This document shows, piece after piece, positions 1 through 12,900 of a stretch of 64,000 nt of DNA. The translations under genes and the position numbers were made by a program. The notes under the pieces were generated by a model. The model saw nothing but the letters and a program-made list of their open reading frames with translations. It ran no database searches and was not told the DNA's origin. The stretch covers positions 10,726,001-10,790,000 of the forward strand of contig CM120642.1 in NCBI GenBank assembly GCA_051362555.1, written 5' to 3'. Positions within the stretch are counted from its first letter, which is position 1, and each line of letters opens with the position of its first letter. Origin of the DNA: Lingula anatina (lineage: Eukaryota > Animalia > Brachiopoda).

Positions 1-3000
1 TAGACTGATATTTGTCAACACATATTCCATATTTTGGCAATGTTATATTGTTCGTATATATAAATGCAAATAATTGCTATAAATATTTTAAAGTGAAATC
101 CTTAACGTTAAGTAGTCAAATACCGTATAGTAGAACCATGGGTCTATTAAACTTCCTCATAAGACTTAAGCGCCGCGTTTTGGTGTTGTTTAGACTGTAT
201 AAAAAATCCAGCCAGGGAGTCAGATAAAAGAATTAATTCCCAAGTCATAACAATATATTGTTATTGCCTAAGCATTAATTGAGCTTTTGCGTGTGGGATG
301 TTTTGATATATACGTAGTCACCGAAATAGTCGTACTCATCGAAAAAAGCAAAAGGAAAATTGAAGAAACAAAGATACATTTTTTGTCAAATAATAGCAAA
401 TGAACGATACACAGAGTTATGGTACAAAGAACAACAGTAGACTTATATCCTTATCGGGTAGGGAAAAGTGATTACACTGGGGAAAGAGATGTTGGCAAAA
501 AGTGTTGCCTTAATATTAGGATATTTAAATATTAAACAAAACTGGAGCAAAGCTCGGTTGCATCTGTTGGAACCAAGCCATTAGCTCTGGAGCAACACCA
601 CTTATCCGACAGTTCATAATTCACTCCGACCAGCACACATTATAACCCATCACGGCTTATTTAGGAGGCACTAATTACGGGTCGTGTGGCAGATAACATT
701 TAGAATGCTTCAGTAAATATACCGTAGTAAATCACACAAATCGAAAAAACATTTTTTTAATGATAAATGAGCATGAGATTTCAAAACTTTATTAGAAGCA
801 CGTCGGATTCATGTCAGAAAGTATCTTTTTAAAGGAACTAGAAATCAGGCAGAATGAACCTGGAAAATATAAGACAGAAGCAACGTGAGAGTTCGAAGAT
901 TGTCGGAAATTACCGTATGCGTTATTAAAAGAACAATTTGCATGTCAATGCCGGGGCAATATGTGCTGAACTGTAAGAATGTTTCATGCCTGCGTCAATT
1001 AAGGACATTGGTAAAGCCGGCGGCCTAAGCTACTGTTTAAAAATTCATAAAGAAAATTGAATGTTTTCGAAGCTTTTGCACGATAGATTCCCCCAAGCAA
1101 TAATCAACCACTAATTAGGTTTCGATCCGAATATTTCAATTTCTTGTCAGGAGATATCGCGTAGCCACTGACTAGTCGATTAGCCCTTCAGTGGGCCCTA
1201 GTCATTTACGGGATAGGCTATGTCGGTCTCACCCGTGCAAAATAACACGGTGTCATGCCATCAAGAATATTTACGATTGTCATAAAAAAGTATAGTAAAA
1301 GAAGTCTGTATCTTTTCATTCATAAATCTCTGTTATAGTTATAACAAATGTATTATTTCTTGCAGTTTCAGTACAAAGCACAGACCGAAAGTGAAACTGA
1401 TACTTCATTTTTCTCTATGCTTAATTAAAATATTTGCAATGAAATAAAAAAAAGTTTATAACAGCAGTGACGTCAACCCATTCATTAAGATTACGACACA
1501 GAACGCTAACATCAGTCGAATGCTGTGCTTGTGATAAGTTAACGAATCTAAAATGCGAAGTTTATCTTACATAATGGACAATGGGTATTAGAGAGCATGA
1601 TGTGCGAAGGCAAACTAAAAAGTTGAAGCAAGCAAAACTACATTGGCATGGCTAACGCAGTTCAAACATCCCAACGTGTACGTGCTCTGATTTGTGAAAC
1701 AGTTTAGGTTAAACTACCTTCCGATACCATTTTAGTCATATTTGCAGGAAATGTTTTAGATGCACATCTGGCGGTCGATCTGAAAGGTTTTAAGTATCTG
1801 TAATGCTTCCCTTGGCGGCTATTATTGTGATCTCCAGTTCAGTAGGACCGGGAATGCAGTTTAAGGCAGGGGAAATGCCTCATTCATCAGAAATGACCCT
1901 TAATAGCTCCGTGAAGTGAATAAAGCCATATAATGATATTTTTGTCAATACTGACATTGAGAAAATGTATAAAACTTGTATTTAAGTCACTTTTCGTTCT
2001 GTGTATAAACACTGACAACATGAAAAACAGGGGAGAACGCAAATATATTGGAATAACTTAAAGAGAGCACAGTAGAGAACTTTCTTTTTTTGGCATTATT
2101 TTCTCCTTCTGGTAAATTATGGAAACAATTGTTTGAATGATTAATTTGTTTTTATTGATGCGCACTTGATAAAATTGGCAAAACAAAATCGCGTAAACAC
2201 CAGTAGATATGATTGACTTTGATGAGAATATTCACTTATAAAAAGTTTATCACAACGAAAACCCACTACATCAAAAGTATTATCTGTCCACTGAATCATA
2301 AGGGTCATTCCTCCATGGTAAGTAAGCAATATTTGATAAAAAAGCAAAAATTTCTCTACGTTAACGGTGTGCGCCAACGATGCCATTCACTCAGATTTTA
2401 TCCGTTCACTTATTCATCCTTCAAAACCGATTATCTTTCACATGATGCAACTTTTTAGAAATCTTATTGATATAATATCATACATTTATAGGAATAATGA
2501 AAGGGAGTAACAAATTTTACCCCATAATATTTATTGATTTTTTTCCTTTTTTCTTTTCTTTTCTTTTCTTTCTTTTTTTTTTCTTTTTTTTGGGGGGAGG
2601 GGGGGTGGTGGTGGAAGCCAACAGCCTAAAACACGTTTTCTGAGAAAATTAAGATTTTTGTCATAACCACTTCTAATTCAAACGAGGATTTTGGGGCATT
2701 TTTCATACTGTTATACAAGTGATTGCATTGACAAAAGTCTTATTTGTATCTGCCTGATTGCTTTGTTGCAAAATGCAACATATGTGTAAAGGCAATGTAC
2801 TTAAATACGAAATGCGAAACGAGAATTGTTTGTAATTGATGCTGCCTATTTGCAAGGTTCATTAAAGGCGGTATAAAAAAGAAATATTATAAAATACATG
2901 AGTTCTCGACTATACTTTGAAGTAACATACAAAGAGGTGAGTGAGTAGAATGGAGCTGATATGCCACAAGCGTATTAGATTCGACAGCTGCTGGTCCATA

Positions 3001-3268
3001 GGGAACACGAAAGGCTCATTTTTACCAATGAACCGTCTTTGAAAAAATCTATAAAATGTGACAAAAACACGATTGTCTCACCTAAGGTAATAATATTAAT
3101 TAACTAATTTTTGTGAATATCTCGCGTGGCATTTTTGCCTACAGCGTTATGTCAATTAAAATGCGCAACAGTTTCACGCGATCATCTTACAGTTTCAAGT
3201 TTGTATCTCGAACACAAATACCAAAAATACAGTGATAAGTTCATAATTTCAGGAAAAAAACAATCGTA

Positions 3269-3509
3269 ATTATCTCCGCCAAGGAGGTTATGTTTTCACC
3301 CCTGTTTGTTTGTTTGTCTGTCTGTCATCAACATAACTCAAAAAGTTATGGACTGATTTTGATGAAATTTTCAGCAACTGTCAGAAGTTGGCCAAGGAAC
3401 AGATGATTAGTTTTTGGTGGTGATCCGGATCAATAATCATTAATAATCAATAATATTCAGAAATTGCTGCCTTGGCGGAGGTCTGCGCTCTCGGAGTGCT
3501 CTTCTAGTT
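3269..3509 (+). mobile_element. Non-autonomous Helentron-associated interspersed element (HINE/DINE-like)
   Basis: Subterminal inverted repeat CTCCGCCAAGG (3274-3284) / CCTTGGCGGAG (3470-3480), internal (GTTT/GTCT)n microsatellite near the 5' end, 3' hairpin GCGCTC-tcg-GAGTGC followed by CTAGTTT; this is the HINE architecture. Confidence 0.75.
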
Positions 3510-4676
3510 TTGGTAAAATTTTAACGTTAAGGTGTAGCCCAACTCTGTGTGTGAAGCTGCATAGACACGAAACACACTGTATACTTATTTGGAGAAGAAT
3601 GTTTTTTTATTTGTTTGTTTGTTTTGCTGGCTTATTTGAAATTCAACAGTTATAACCAAGAATCTCTTATACAGAAAAAAAAGCCCAAACAATTTAACCC
3701 CAAGTGCTTGGTACTGAAGCATGTGTTTGTACGTGAGTGGCGGGAAAGGTTGCAAGGTAGGCCTAATCTTCTGTTATAACTATACATCTTATTGACAAAT
3801 TTATACTGTGTGACACTTCATCTTATGCACCAGTCTGACAGCAAATTGAACGCATTCTCCAGCGGCGTAGCCTCGGTGGAACTAAACTCAAATAGACTGT
3901 GACAAGATATTTCCATTAGTTCAATGGCTGTCAATTATCAATTTATTCGGATACTGCTATGATATACACCTTTTTTAAGTATACACAAATGACTTTACAA
4001 GAGGTATATCGCTGTATCGTATAGTGGATTACTCATTTACCATCCAAAATTGATACAATTTAAGCATAACAAAGGACCTTAGTTCATTAGATGAGATTAG
4101 TGACTAAATTTGGAAACCTTTTTATTGTGAAATATGCAGTCCCATAAAATAATTATGACTCGTCAATGATTTATTAGAAAAATCCTACAAGTCAAGTTGT
4201 GCTCTCTCCCGTGGCCTTTTCGGTTAAAGGCAAATGGGAAATTCATGTTAAAACAATCTAATGCAATTAGTATGTTGTAAATTGGAAAAATACATCGCCT
4301 TAAAAGCATCTAAATGATGTTAATTAATTTTTGCGCCTGCAAATGGCACAAAAATATACTAATAGAATTTTAACAGTTAAATGTCACAGGCCAACGTTAA
4401 TCTAATACAACTTTAACAGTTAAATTTCACAGGTCAAAGTCAATCTAGTAATCTATTTAACTATAACATGGGATCGTAACCTACTAAAATCCAATCTGCT
4501 CTTGGCAAACTTAAGTTTAGGCACATTGCTACTTTTCTACATGTATCTTTTGTAGTCAATTTATCTAGAACAAGAAGCAGTGCAAGGGTAGTTGGATCAT
4601 CTAGTGGTTTTGTGAAGTGTTTTAGACAGTATAGAGTCATGGGATAGGTTCAGTATGTTGTTACTTCTATTTTCAG

Positions 4677-6849
4677 ACACTGACGACGAAATTCGCCCAC
4701 TGGAAGATACACAGGAAGAAGAAAAAAGGTAATAAGCGTTTTTACTAATCGATAGGTAGTCTTCGTGCTTAGTTTTTTTTCTGTATTGTGTTTGTTTGTA
4801 AATATTAAGAGAAGAATAGGATGGAGCTAAAAATATTTACTGTCATGCAGTGTTGTCATTTCATATGAGTAGGCGATAATGTTGAATCCGTACTAATTAA
4901 AATCTACACATGACGTTATTTTTTATATCAGCCTCGTAGAACATAGTCACATTGACGTGACACTTCTTCGTGCTCGATCTTTTTTTTTTTTTTTTTTTTT
5001 TTTGTCCAATTAACGAATTAAGGACACAAGTCTTGGCATTTAGATGTCGAAAATACGTTATTATGTCTCATGGGGTCTTGGGCTGGGTCTTAATTCTTCA
5101 TCTGGTTCACAATCTTCGTGGTATTTGTTGATTTATTTTCCAATAACACATTTTTTATATATTTTATTATGTTGTTAAATAAATGCGACAGTCTTTCAGA
5201 CCGGTCAAATTTGTCTGACCTTAAAGCCCCTATACATACTGCAGTGGCTTTTCGAAACACATTTGTACATTTAACTATGGAGGCATTTCTCAGGCCACTC
5301 AAGGTGACCACATTTGGAACAATGGACAATAACGGATACGATCTCCCCAAACAATCTCTCTGGCTAACCCCTAGAGTATCGTTACCCAGTTTAATCAAAT
5401 CTCGCTGACGTAGGCTTAACACGAACGCTTCCGTTTTCGACATTTGGAAGCGACAAAATATGGGATAAAATAAGTAGAATCTTCGGAGAAACAGAAGAGA
5501 AAAAGGGAGGCAGGTGCTGGTTTAGATTTATTCAATTACCTTTCTTCTGCCAGAATGACCCAGCGAATGTTCACGGTCTCACGGGGAGCGCCATTTCAGT
5601 ACCAATACCTTGGTTTATTATGAAACCAGATGTTTTGTCTCACGGGCTATTTCCAGAATGTTTTTGGCTACAAAATGAATTCAAGGAACAAACCATTAAG
5701 GGCAATTCCATGTCCTTATCTTGATAGATTCTCTTTCCTTCAAACGCCAAATACGCGTTGTTAGCATGCGAAATTACGGGATTAGTTTTCATTCAAATAA
5801 AAGGTGGAAAAGTGTCGATTATATAACACATTTCTCCCAAGTCAGAAATTGATTAGGAAACGATGAGATAGGAATCTACTGTAAGCGTGAAATGGTTCTA
5901 ATGTTGAACGCCTAGATGCATGGGCTTAACACTAGGCAATTGCTTTTCCTTTTAGGAATTTTTTGTTTCCATGTATTGTAAGGCTGGGGAGCGAAAGGTA
6001 TTCGGGAATTTTTATTGTTCTGATCCTCTGTTACTAATCAACGGGCCAGTGGTGAATACTGCAATGATGTATGCCATATATGTATACTAACTCAAACTAC
6101 ATGCAACCCCAGCTGTGCAAAATTCCCTCGGTGTTTTGAGTATCAAGGTTTTGTATTTTTAAAATCTAAAACCATCACATTAACCCCGACGAACTTCAAC
6201 ATTTTCAATCAAATCATTTTACTATGTGCATGCTTGGAATTTATGGAAATAGGTGTTCTGTTTAAACATGCATGTTTCTTGATATTCGGCGATGGTTACA
6301 TTCAGTCTAGGATAGAAGATAAATATTGGGTCCTAGATTCAATAATGTTTTCCATTCCTGTAACGCGACCCTATTTTCTTGCTGGGAGTGTCCATTATCT
6401 GCATTTTTTTCTGTTATTGTGTTGACAATCGCACGAAGCGTAAGAGCAGAGCATCGTTATATATACCAGTTCTTAGGAAATCAAAAACACAAACATATAG
6501 ACTAATATATGTTCCGAGCAAAATTTATTTTCAAGAGTCTACAAGTGTGTACTAATCAATATATTCCCCATCCGTCTCATCCTACTTTTTTTGCCATTAT
6601 AATAATAATTATTATTATCATTATTTTATTTTTATTATTGTTGTTGCTCTTTACATGTTAACTTTTTCTTCAACTTGGGAATATTTTATACAAACATTGC
6701 TGTTGCTTGTTGGTGTTTAGAATATTTATGATAACTTAGCACCCCCCTTTTATGTGATTTTATGGAGGTGAGGTATTTATGTGAAATATATTTTTTGCTA
6801 CATTATCTGATGATAACAAAGCGGATTGTTGGCTTTTTGCTGTTGATGT

Positions 6850-6913
<64 letters not shown>

Positions 6914-9900
6914 ACATCAATGCAATATATATATATATTTCTCCCATCACATGATTGGAATACTAACTTGCAGCTGTTTATTGTTTTTGTGATAAACAAG
7001 TGTACTGTGTGTTACAATTTTCCCTTAGGCGAGGGTAGGTTGACACTCTAGAAATAACTTTTCTAACGCGATTTCACACAAAATTGTGGAATAAATCAAT
7101 ACTGTGGGCAGAGTATGTAAAGTCCACCTATACGACCATTAGAAAAAGACCCGCATGCAAAATTTATTAAGTTCCATTTAATGCAAGAAAAAAGTGTTTC
7201 ACCATACGCGTGGCTGACTCCTATGACCACCGTAATGGAATACATAATGAACCTACAATACTCCATACTCTCCATGCTATTATCGTTGAATTATCTGAAT
7301 ATTCCATATCATAAAAAACACAGTTTGACATTAACTGTTTAAAAGTATATTACTTACTTAAAATTTCTGACCTTATTATTTCACTTGGACTGATTCACGT
7401 TCGTTTTCTCTCTGATTCATTTTCATTACACTGTATGTCGAATAGATTCATGTTATCATTGCACTCCAAACTTTGTCATGGCTACCTTTTGTGTCTAGCA
7501 GATCAAATAACAAATTGTTTTTGTTAATCACTGACCTAGATATATTGTTTAATAAAATATTTCTTATCTTTTTATTAATAGGCAACTCTATTATCCGGGT
7601 GTGTACGACTACTGGAAGAAATATTGGACCAAAAAGTAAGTGCTCGGAAGGGCGACTTGCTTATAGATTCTGTGAAGATGAGAGCATTCGAACAGTTGAC
7701 CTGTTTAAGATGTTCTGTATGTGTGCGCATGGTGGAATTTTATGTTGGCATTGGCAGGTGCGCGCTCGAGAGAGAGAGAGAGAGAGAGAGAATAATAGCA
7801 TTGGTATGACACAGCAGTACATAATTCCTGTCTGAAACACAGAGCAACTGCGTCCTCCAACTTGACATACCCAGCCTCATAGACATTCCATTCTCACAAA
7901 GCATCCGCTTCATGTGTTGGTGAACTAAATAATTGATGCCTGACGAGCCTATTAGATGATATTATGTTTAGAATCTCCCGGTAGACCGTTACAAGGCAAA
8001 TAACCTTAGGGTGGATATCTTAAGTAATTACTGTCTGAACATGCGTCCCAAGATTTTATCCTTATATCGGTTCATTTTCCCAGGGTGCTTAAGGGGTATT
8101 GGAACTTTATAATGTACTTTATGTCTCCTCATTAACCCAAGCGAAAGTATATTTGGCAAAAATATATTTTTCCCATTTCTCTTATGTGATATGCTTGTCT
8201 TAATATATTATTGTAATAAAAATAAACACTTTTAGACCACAAAGTCCCTTTTCTGATCCTTTATTCACTACCCCACCCTTAAGCACATGGGGTGACCAGG
8301 CGTTAATCGCCAATTTCGCTGCTGTGTAAATTGGTAAGAGATAGTGATCATTTTCCGATGTAATTCTGTAACTCAGTAAGATATTATCATGATAATTGGC
8401 ATGGTTGACGACTATGGTGTAAACCCCCATTTGCTTTCACAGCGTTTGATTTTATATTCTTTTGTTTAGAAAATTTGAACCCCTAAATGTTGCATTTAAA
8501 AGGCATTATTTCGCCTCTTTTCTGTTTAAATCAAGAGTGATCATCGCAAGATGGTTTCCTGACTCCAATTTGTAGAACAAATAACTATGTTTAAATAATC
8601 CTTAAAATGGCGAGGGAGATTTGTTTAACACTGATATTATAGTTTTCAACCCCCCCCCCCAAAAAAAAAAAAAAAAAAAAAAAAACGCTACTGTAACGTC
8701 ATCTGCCCAAATAAAGAAATTCATAATATCACCTAATTTTTGATGCAACAGAATTAATCTCTTAACATGTCAATGTTTATTCCTGTATTATCTAAGCAGA
8801 GGAGAAAAAATCTTGACGAACTAATACCGATCCCCCTTAATCTTGAAGAAGAAACCAACAAGACGTCGATCTTTTTTCACACGAAACGGGTCACGTTGCA
8901 CAATTTACCCAAGTAAAAATGAAATGTATAGTTTGTGTGGTCTATAACTGCATGTCACCTACAAGATGTAATGGTGTGGAGTCTGGCAGTCTACACTTTT
9001 TTAAATAATGGCAGTAAGAAAAACAGCAATTGTTCGCTAGTGCCCCTTTTAGGCCTATCGTCGTGACTCAAATGAGTTTGGTTGATACTTAGAAGCACAT
9101 GTCTGTACATGAACCCCATTTGTTGATATACATGCATTTATAGTAGTTTCAGTACATTCATAGTCGAGTCGCCACTCCCATAGGCCCAATAGTCGAACCC
9201 TGCAATGTTCTTTCCTGTAAACTTTTTTTGCTGAAATGCATTCTTCAGGCCGAGAGAAGCAAAATTAGCTTGGTTGCTATTTCCGAGATCTTGAGCATTT
9301 TTCAATATGGCCGTCAATTTATGAGGAAAAATAGAAAAAAGACCAGAAGTCACCGGGTAAACTTTATTGACAGCCTTTTTGAACGTGTATCCTATCAGGA
9401 GAGCACAACAGTACTAGTGAATATGCTTAAGCGCGTACCACTTAGCAAAAAACCAAAATGGCCGTCAAAACATAAGGCAGAAAATGATAAAAGCTGCAGA
9501 ATCAGTTTGTTTTTTGCATATTTATTTTTATTAAAATCATATCCCCTTTTTATATTTATGTTGATTATAATATTTTGTTAGACATGACCCGAAACTCTTG
9601 GAATAAGCTTATCTGACAGTTCAATAACACCCCAAGAGTCTGTTTGCTACTTCTCCGGGTCCCATAGTCAAATACTTAGAATGTTATTCCCTGAATTTTT
9701 TTAAATAACTTAACACTTTGGGAGTATAAAAGCCAATTATTTGGGCTTTCTTGGCAGTGGCTAGATATGGAACATTGATCACTTTTCAAAATTCAAGATG
9801 GCCGTCAATAATATAAAAATATATTATAATATCATTATATTATAAATAAATAATTATATAACATAGCAAAGAGTCGGGTTTAAAGTGCATGGTATTCCGC

Positions 9901-12900
9901 ATTTTAATGACTGCTAAAACATGCCCAAAAAAGGTAAAAAAAGCAGTTAAATTACGTTTTAAACTGATAATTCGGCATGTAATAAAATATATCCAACCCT
10001 GTTATTTATTGACAAAGTGTGCTTGTAAGGTGCAGTTATACTAAGACTCTATAAAAGAGGATCATTGATAGGACTGACCACTACGTAAGTTCTCTTTTTA
10101 ATACAGAAAGTTTATCAAGGGCCAACAGGGGGTTCTGCAGGAATTTAGGCACAGGGAGTCCAAAATGTTAATCTGCAATCGGGACTCTTATATTTACATG
10201 GAGTCCCACCAAGTCCGTTGGTGGGGACGAGGGTGGGAGGGGGGCGAGTGTAATTTAATTTAACTTTTGCTAAAATATTAACCTTATTATTTTTTTTGTT
10301 TTTGTTTTTATATTGATCATACCTTAATATTTTAATTTTATATCTTTATCATAACTTTTTTCAGTATGTACATAAAATTTAGCTTTAAAACTTCCCATTC
10401 TTTTTATTGAGATGGCACGTGTAAGAATATTTCATCAGTATATAACAGCATTTCTAGTTTTTCTTATTACTGCACTTTTTCACTTTACATTTTAAAGAGT
10501 CAATAAGCAAAACATCTTACAAATCTTTTGGTTATACATGTATACTGACAGCCATTAACATCTTTGAGGCCATATTTTTCAAAATAATTGTTATTTTGAA
10601 GCTCTAAACTGGATTATTTTCATACGAATCATTTGTTTAGGACATTGGTATACAGAACCAAAAATCTTAAGTTTCATGAATAGTTTCAAAACAAAAATGG
10701 CACCAGCCCAACACAAAGTCACAACGGTCAATAGCCGGTACGATCTCCGCTTGCTTCGATGCAGGCGGCGATCTGTTGGCGCATGCTCGGGCAATAAATG
10801 TGGATGGGATGGTGTCGTGTGGAATCCTATTCCAGCCTTGTCTTAGTGCCTCGATCCGCTGCTGCCTTGGCCAACGGACGGCCAAGATATATGTAGTACC
10901 AGATGTGTTCAATCGGATTCATATCCGGAAAAAAGACAGGCCGGGGTAGGACATCCACCTTTGGATACACTTGGATCATTTGTGCCGAATGTGAATTGGT
11001 CATGTCCTGTTGGGAAAAGGTGATATCAGTTTTCTGCTGCATGAACGAGGTTATGTGAGGTTGCAGGATCTGATCTATGTAGTGACGAGCAGTTACTGGT
11101 ATGTTGCCATCAGCGACCACCATCGGCTGACCGCCAGCAAGTGTCGACGCACAGTGTGGCTGCCGGGTGCCTCTTGTGCTGTAAGACTGGCATGGCGAAA
11201 CTGGTCCCGTAGCTGATGCAACCTGGTGTAGCGATCCTGGTCTGGAGTTGACACTCTCTCGCCCTGGCTGCGGTATATAGCCAACAGAGCCAGGCACGTT
11301 GTGGCATTTAACCAGGTTCCTGATTGTGGGTTGGGAACAGCCCATACATTAAAGCTCAAATCAGACTCCCCTCACACCCAGTGGCCAGAGATGTACGTTG
11401 TTCACATGATAGACATGGCATGATTCCGTTCACTGAACTAACAACATGGGTGGCCGGGTGGCCTTTTTTGGGCCTTTATAGGCCTCCAAAACCAATCCTC
11501 AAAATGTGCAGATGCCCACTGAGTATTGTTCAGTGTGTATTTGGTCCATTTTTGCAACAAAAAAAAAGCTTACCCATGTGCAATGAACTATGGCAACATG
11601 ACAACTCATCATTATCTTAACTACCCGAGCAGAAAGTCATCAATAAATGCACAATGAATAATTACATCTACCCAACAAGTAGAAAAATGCATACATTACT
11701 ATCTCAAAGCTTCCATTATCTGTAAGTGTATATTGGCAAAAACAACATTTCGAATACATGATGTCGATGGATAGCCCTCGCATATCCCGTACTATGCCAC
11801 GTTGTCCAGAATAGCTGACCTCATGGGCCCTAACCTCTGGGTTTGTATACCCCTGCTTGGATCTCGGTTATTTATAATAAAATTCATTATTAAACAACAA
11901 AAATGCCTTTACCCATAGCTGTTTAAATATTTAAAACGTTTACAAAAGAAGGATAAGAATAAAACGATTTGACGCCTTTTTTATTTCAAAATGATTTAGT
12001 TTACACATACTAGAATGATAATACCTTTCATTAATTTTTGATTTAGAATGAAAAATTAGTTGTCAGGACTGAGATATCCGCAATCAATGTTTGGTTTGGT
12101 CATAGAGCAGCATTGATGGACATATTGGTTTTCGTTTTCGTATCATTTAACCTAAAAATATGTTTTATTGTGTGCTGTGTCTTGAACGCAGGTATATCGT
12201 TTTTCACTTTATATATGTATTTATATTTGTTCCAGTTAAAGTCTATTTCAGTTAAAAGCTTTGTAGTTTTACAGTTGTTTCTTTGCCCTTCCATTATGTT
12301 TTGGAGGCCATTTTTATTAAAATAACTTGCAAAATGAAATAAATGATCGCACTTTGCATGGGTATAAATATAAATATGCAATGATGAACAATGGAGTGAA
12401 GCATCGATTTTTTATTTGAATGTATGGCTCTCGCTTTTCACATAACAAATTGACGGCCATCTTGAATTTTGAAAAATTGTAAATATCTCGTTATATAAGC
12501 TTCTCTAAGTTTTGTAACCCAGATGAAACAATTTCTTTTAAAAAAGCTTGCAAGATATAACATAGCAAGCTTTGACTATGGGGCTCGTCGGAGTGGCAAA
12601 TGGACTCTCAGGAGATGGCACCGTCTGCCACCATCTGATTAATGTCAAATAAGCAGTTTCTGAGAGTTTAGGATCATGACTAACAGATTATCATAATGGA
12701 CATAAATAGAAAAGGCGGAAATGTTTTAATAGGACTTAATTTGCAAAAAAACGAACTTATTTTGCAGCTGTTTTTACTTTCTGCCATATGTTTTGACGGC
12801 CATTTTGGCTTTTTTGCCATATGTAACGGGCTTTAGTGTATTCACGAGTACTGTTGTGCTCTCCTGATAGGATACACGTTCAAAAAAGCTGTCAATAAAG

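Noticed and set aside
1803-1919. MLPLAAIIVISSS... as the signal-peptide exon of the knottin-like precursor
   Set aside because: Short hydrophobic core and no convincing phase-1 donor to join exon 4677
4556-4588. Possible extra micro-exon (SIYLEQEAVQG) upstream of 4677
   Set aside because: The available GT donor is phase-incompatible with the next exon in the open frames
5220-5930. Possible TTAA-flanked element (TTAAAGCCCC...GGGCTTAA)
   Set aside because: Inverted match too short and gapped to support without other copies
6760-6999. ORFs with IYIYIY runs (also ERERER/SLSLSL at 7473-7835 and 17176-17484)
   Set aside because: Translations of (AT)n and (GA)n microsatellites
9138-9581. ORFs shared with 12774-13178 suggesting a duplicated gene
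   Set aside because: They are the two arms of the transposon TIR and have no protein features
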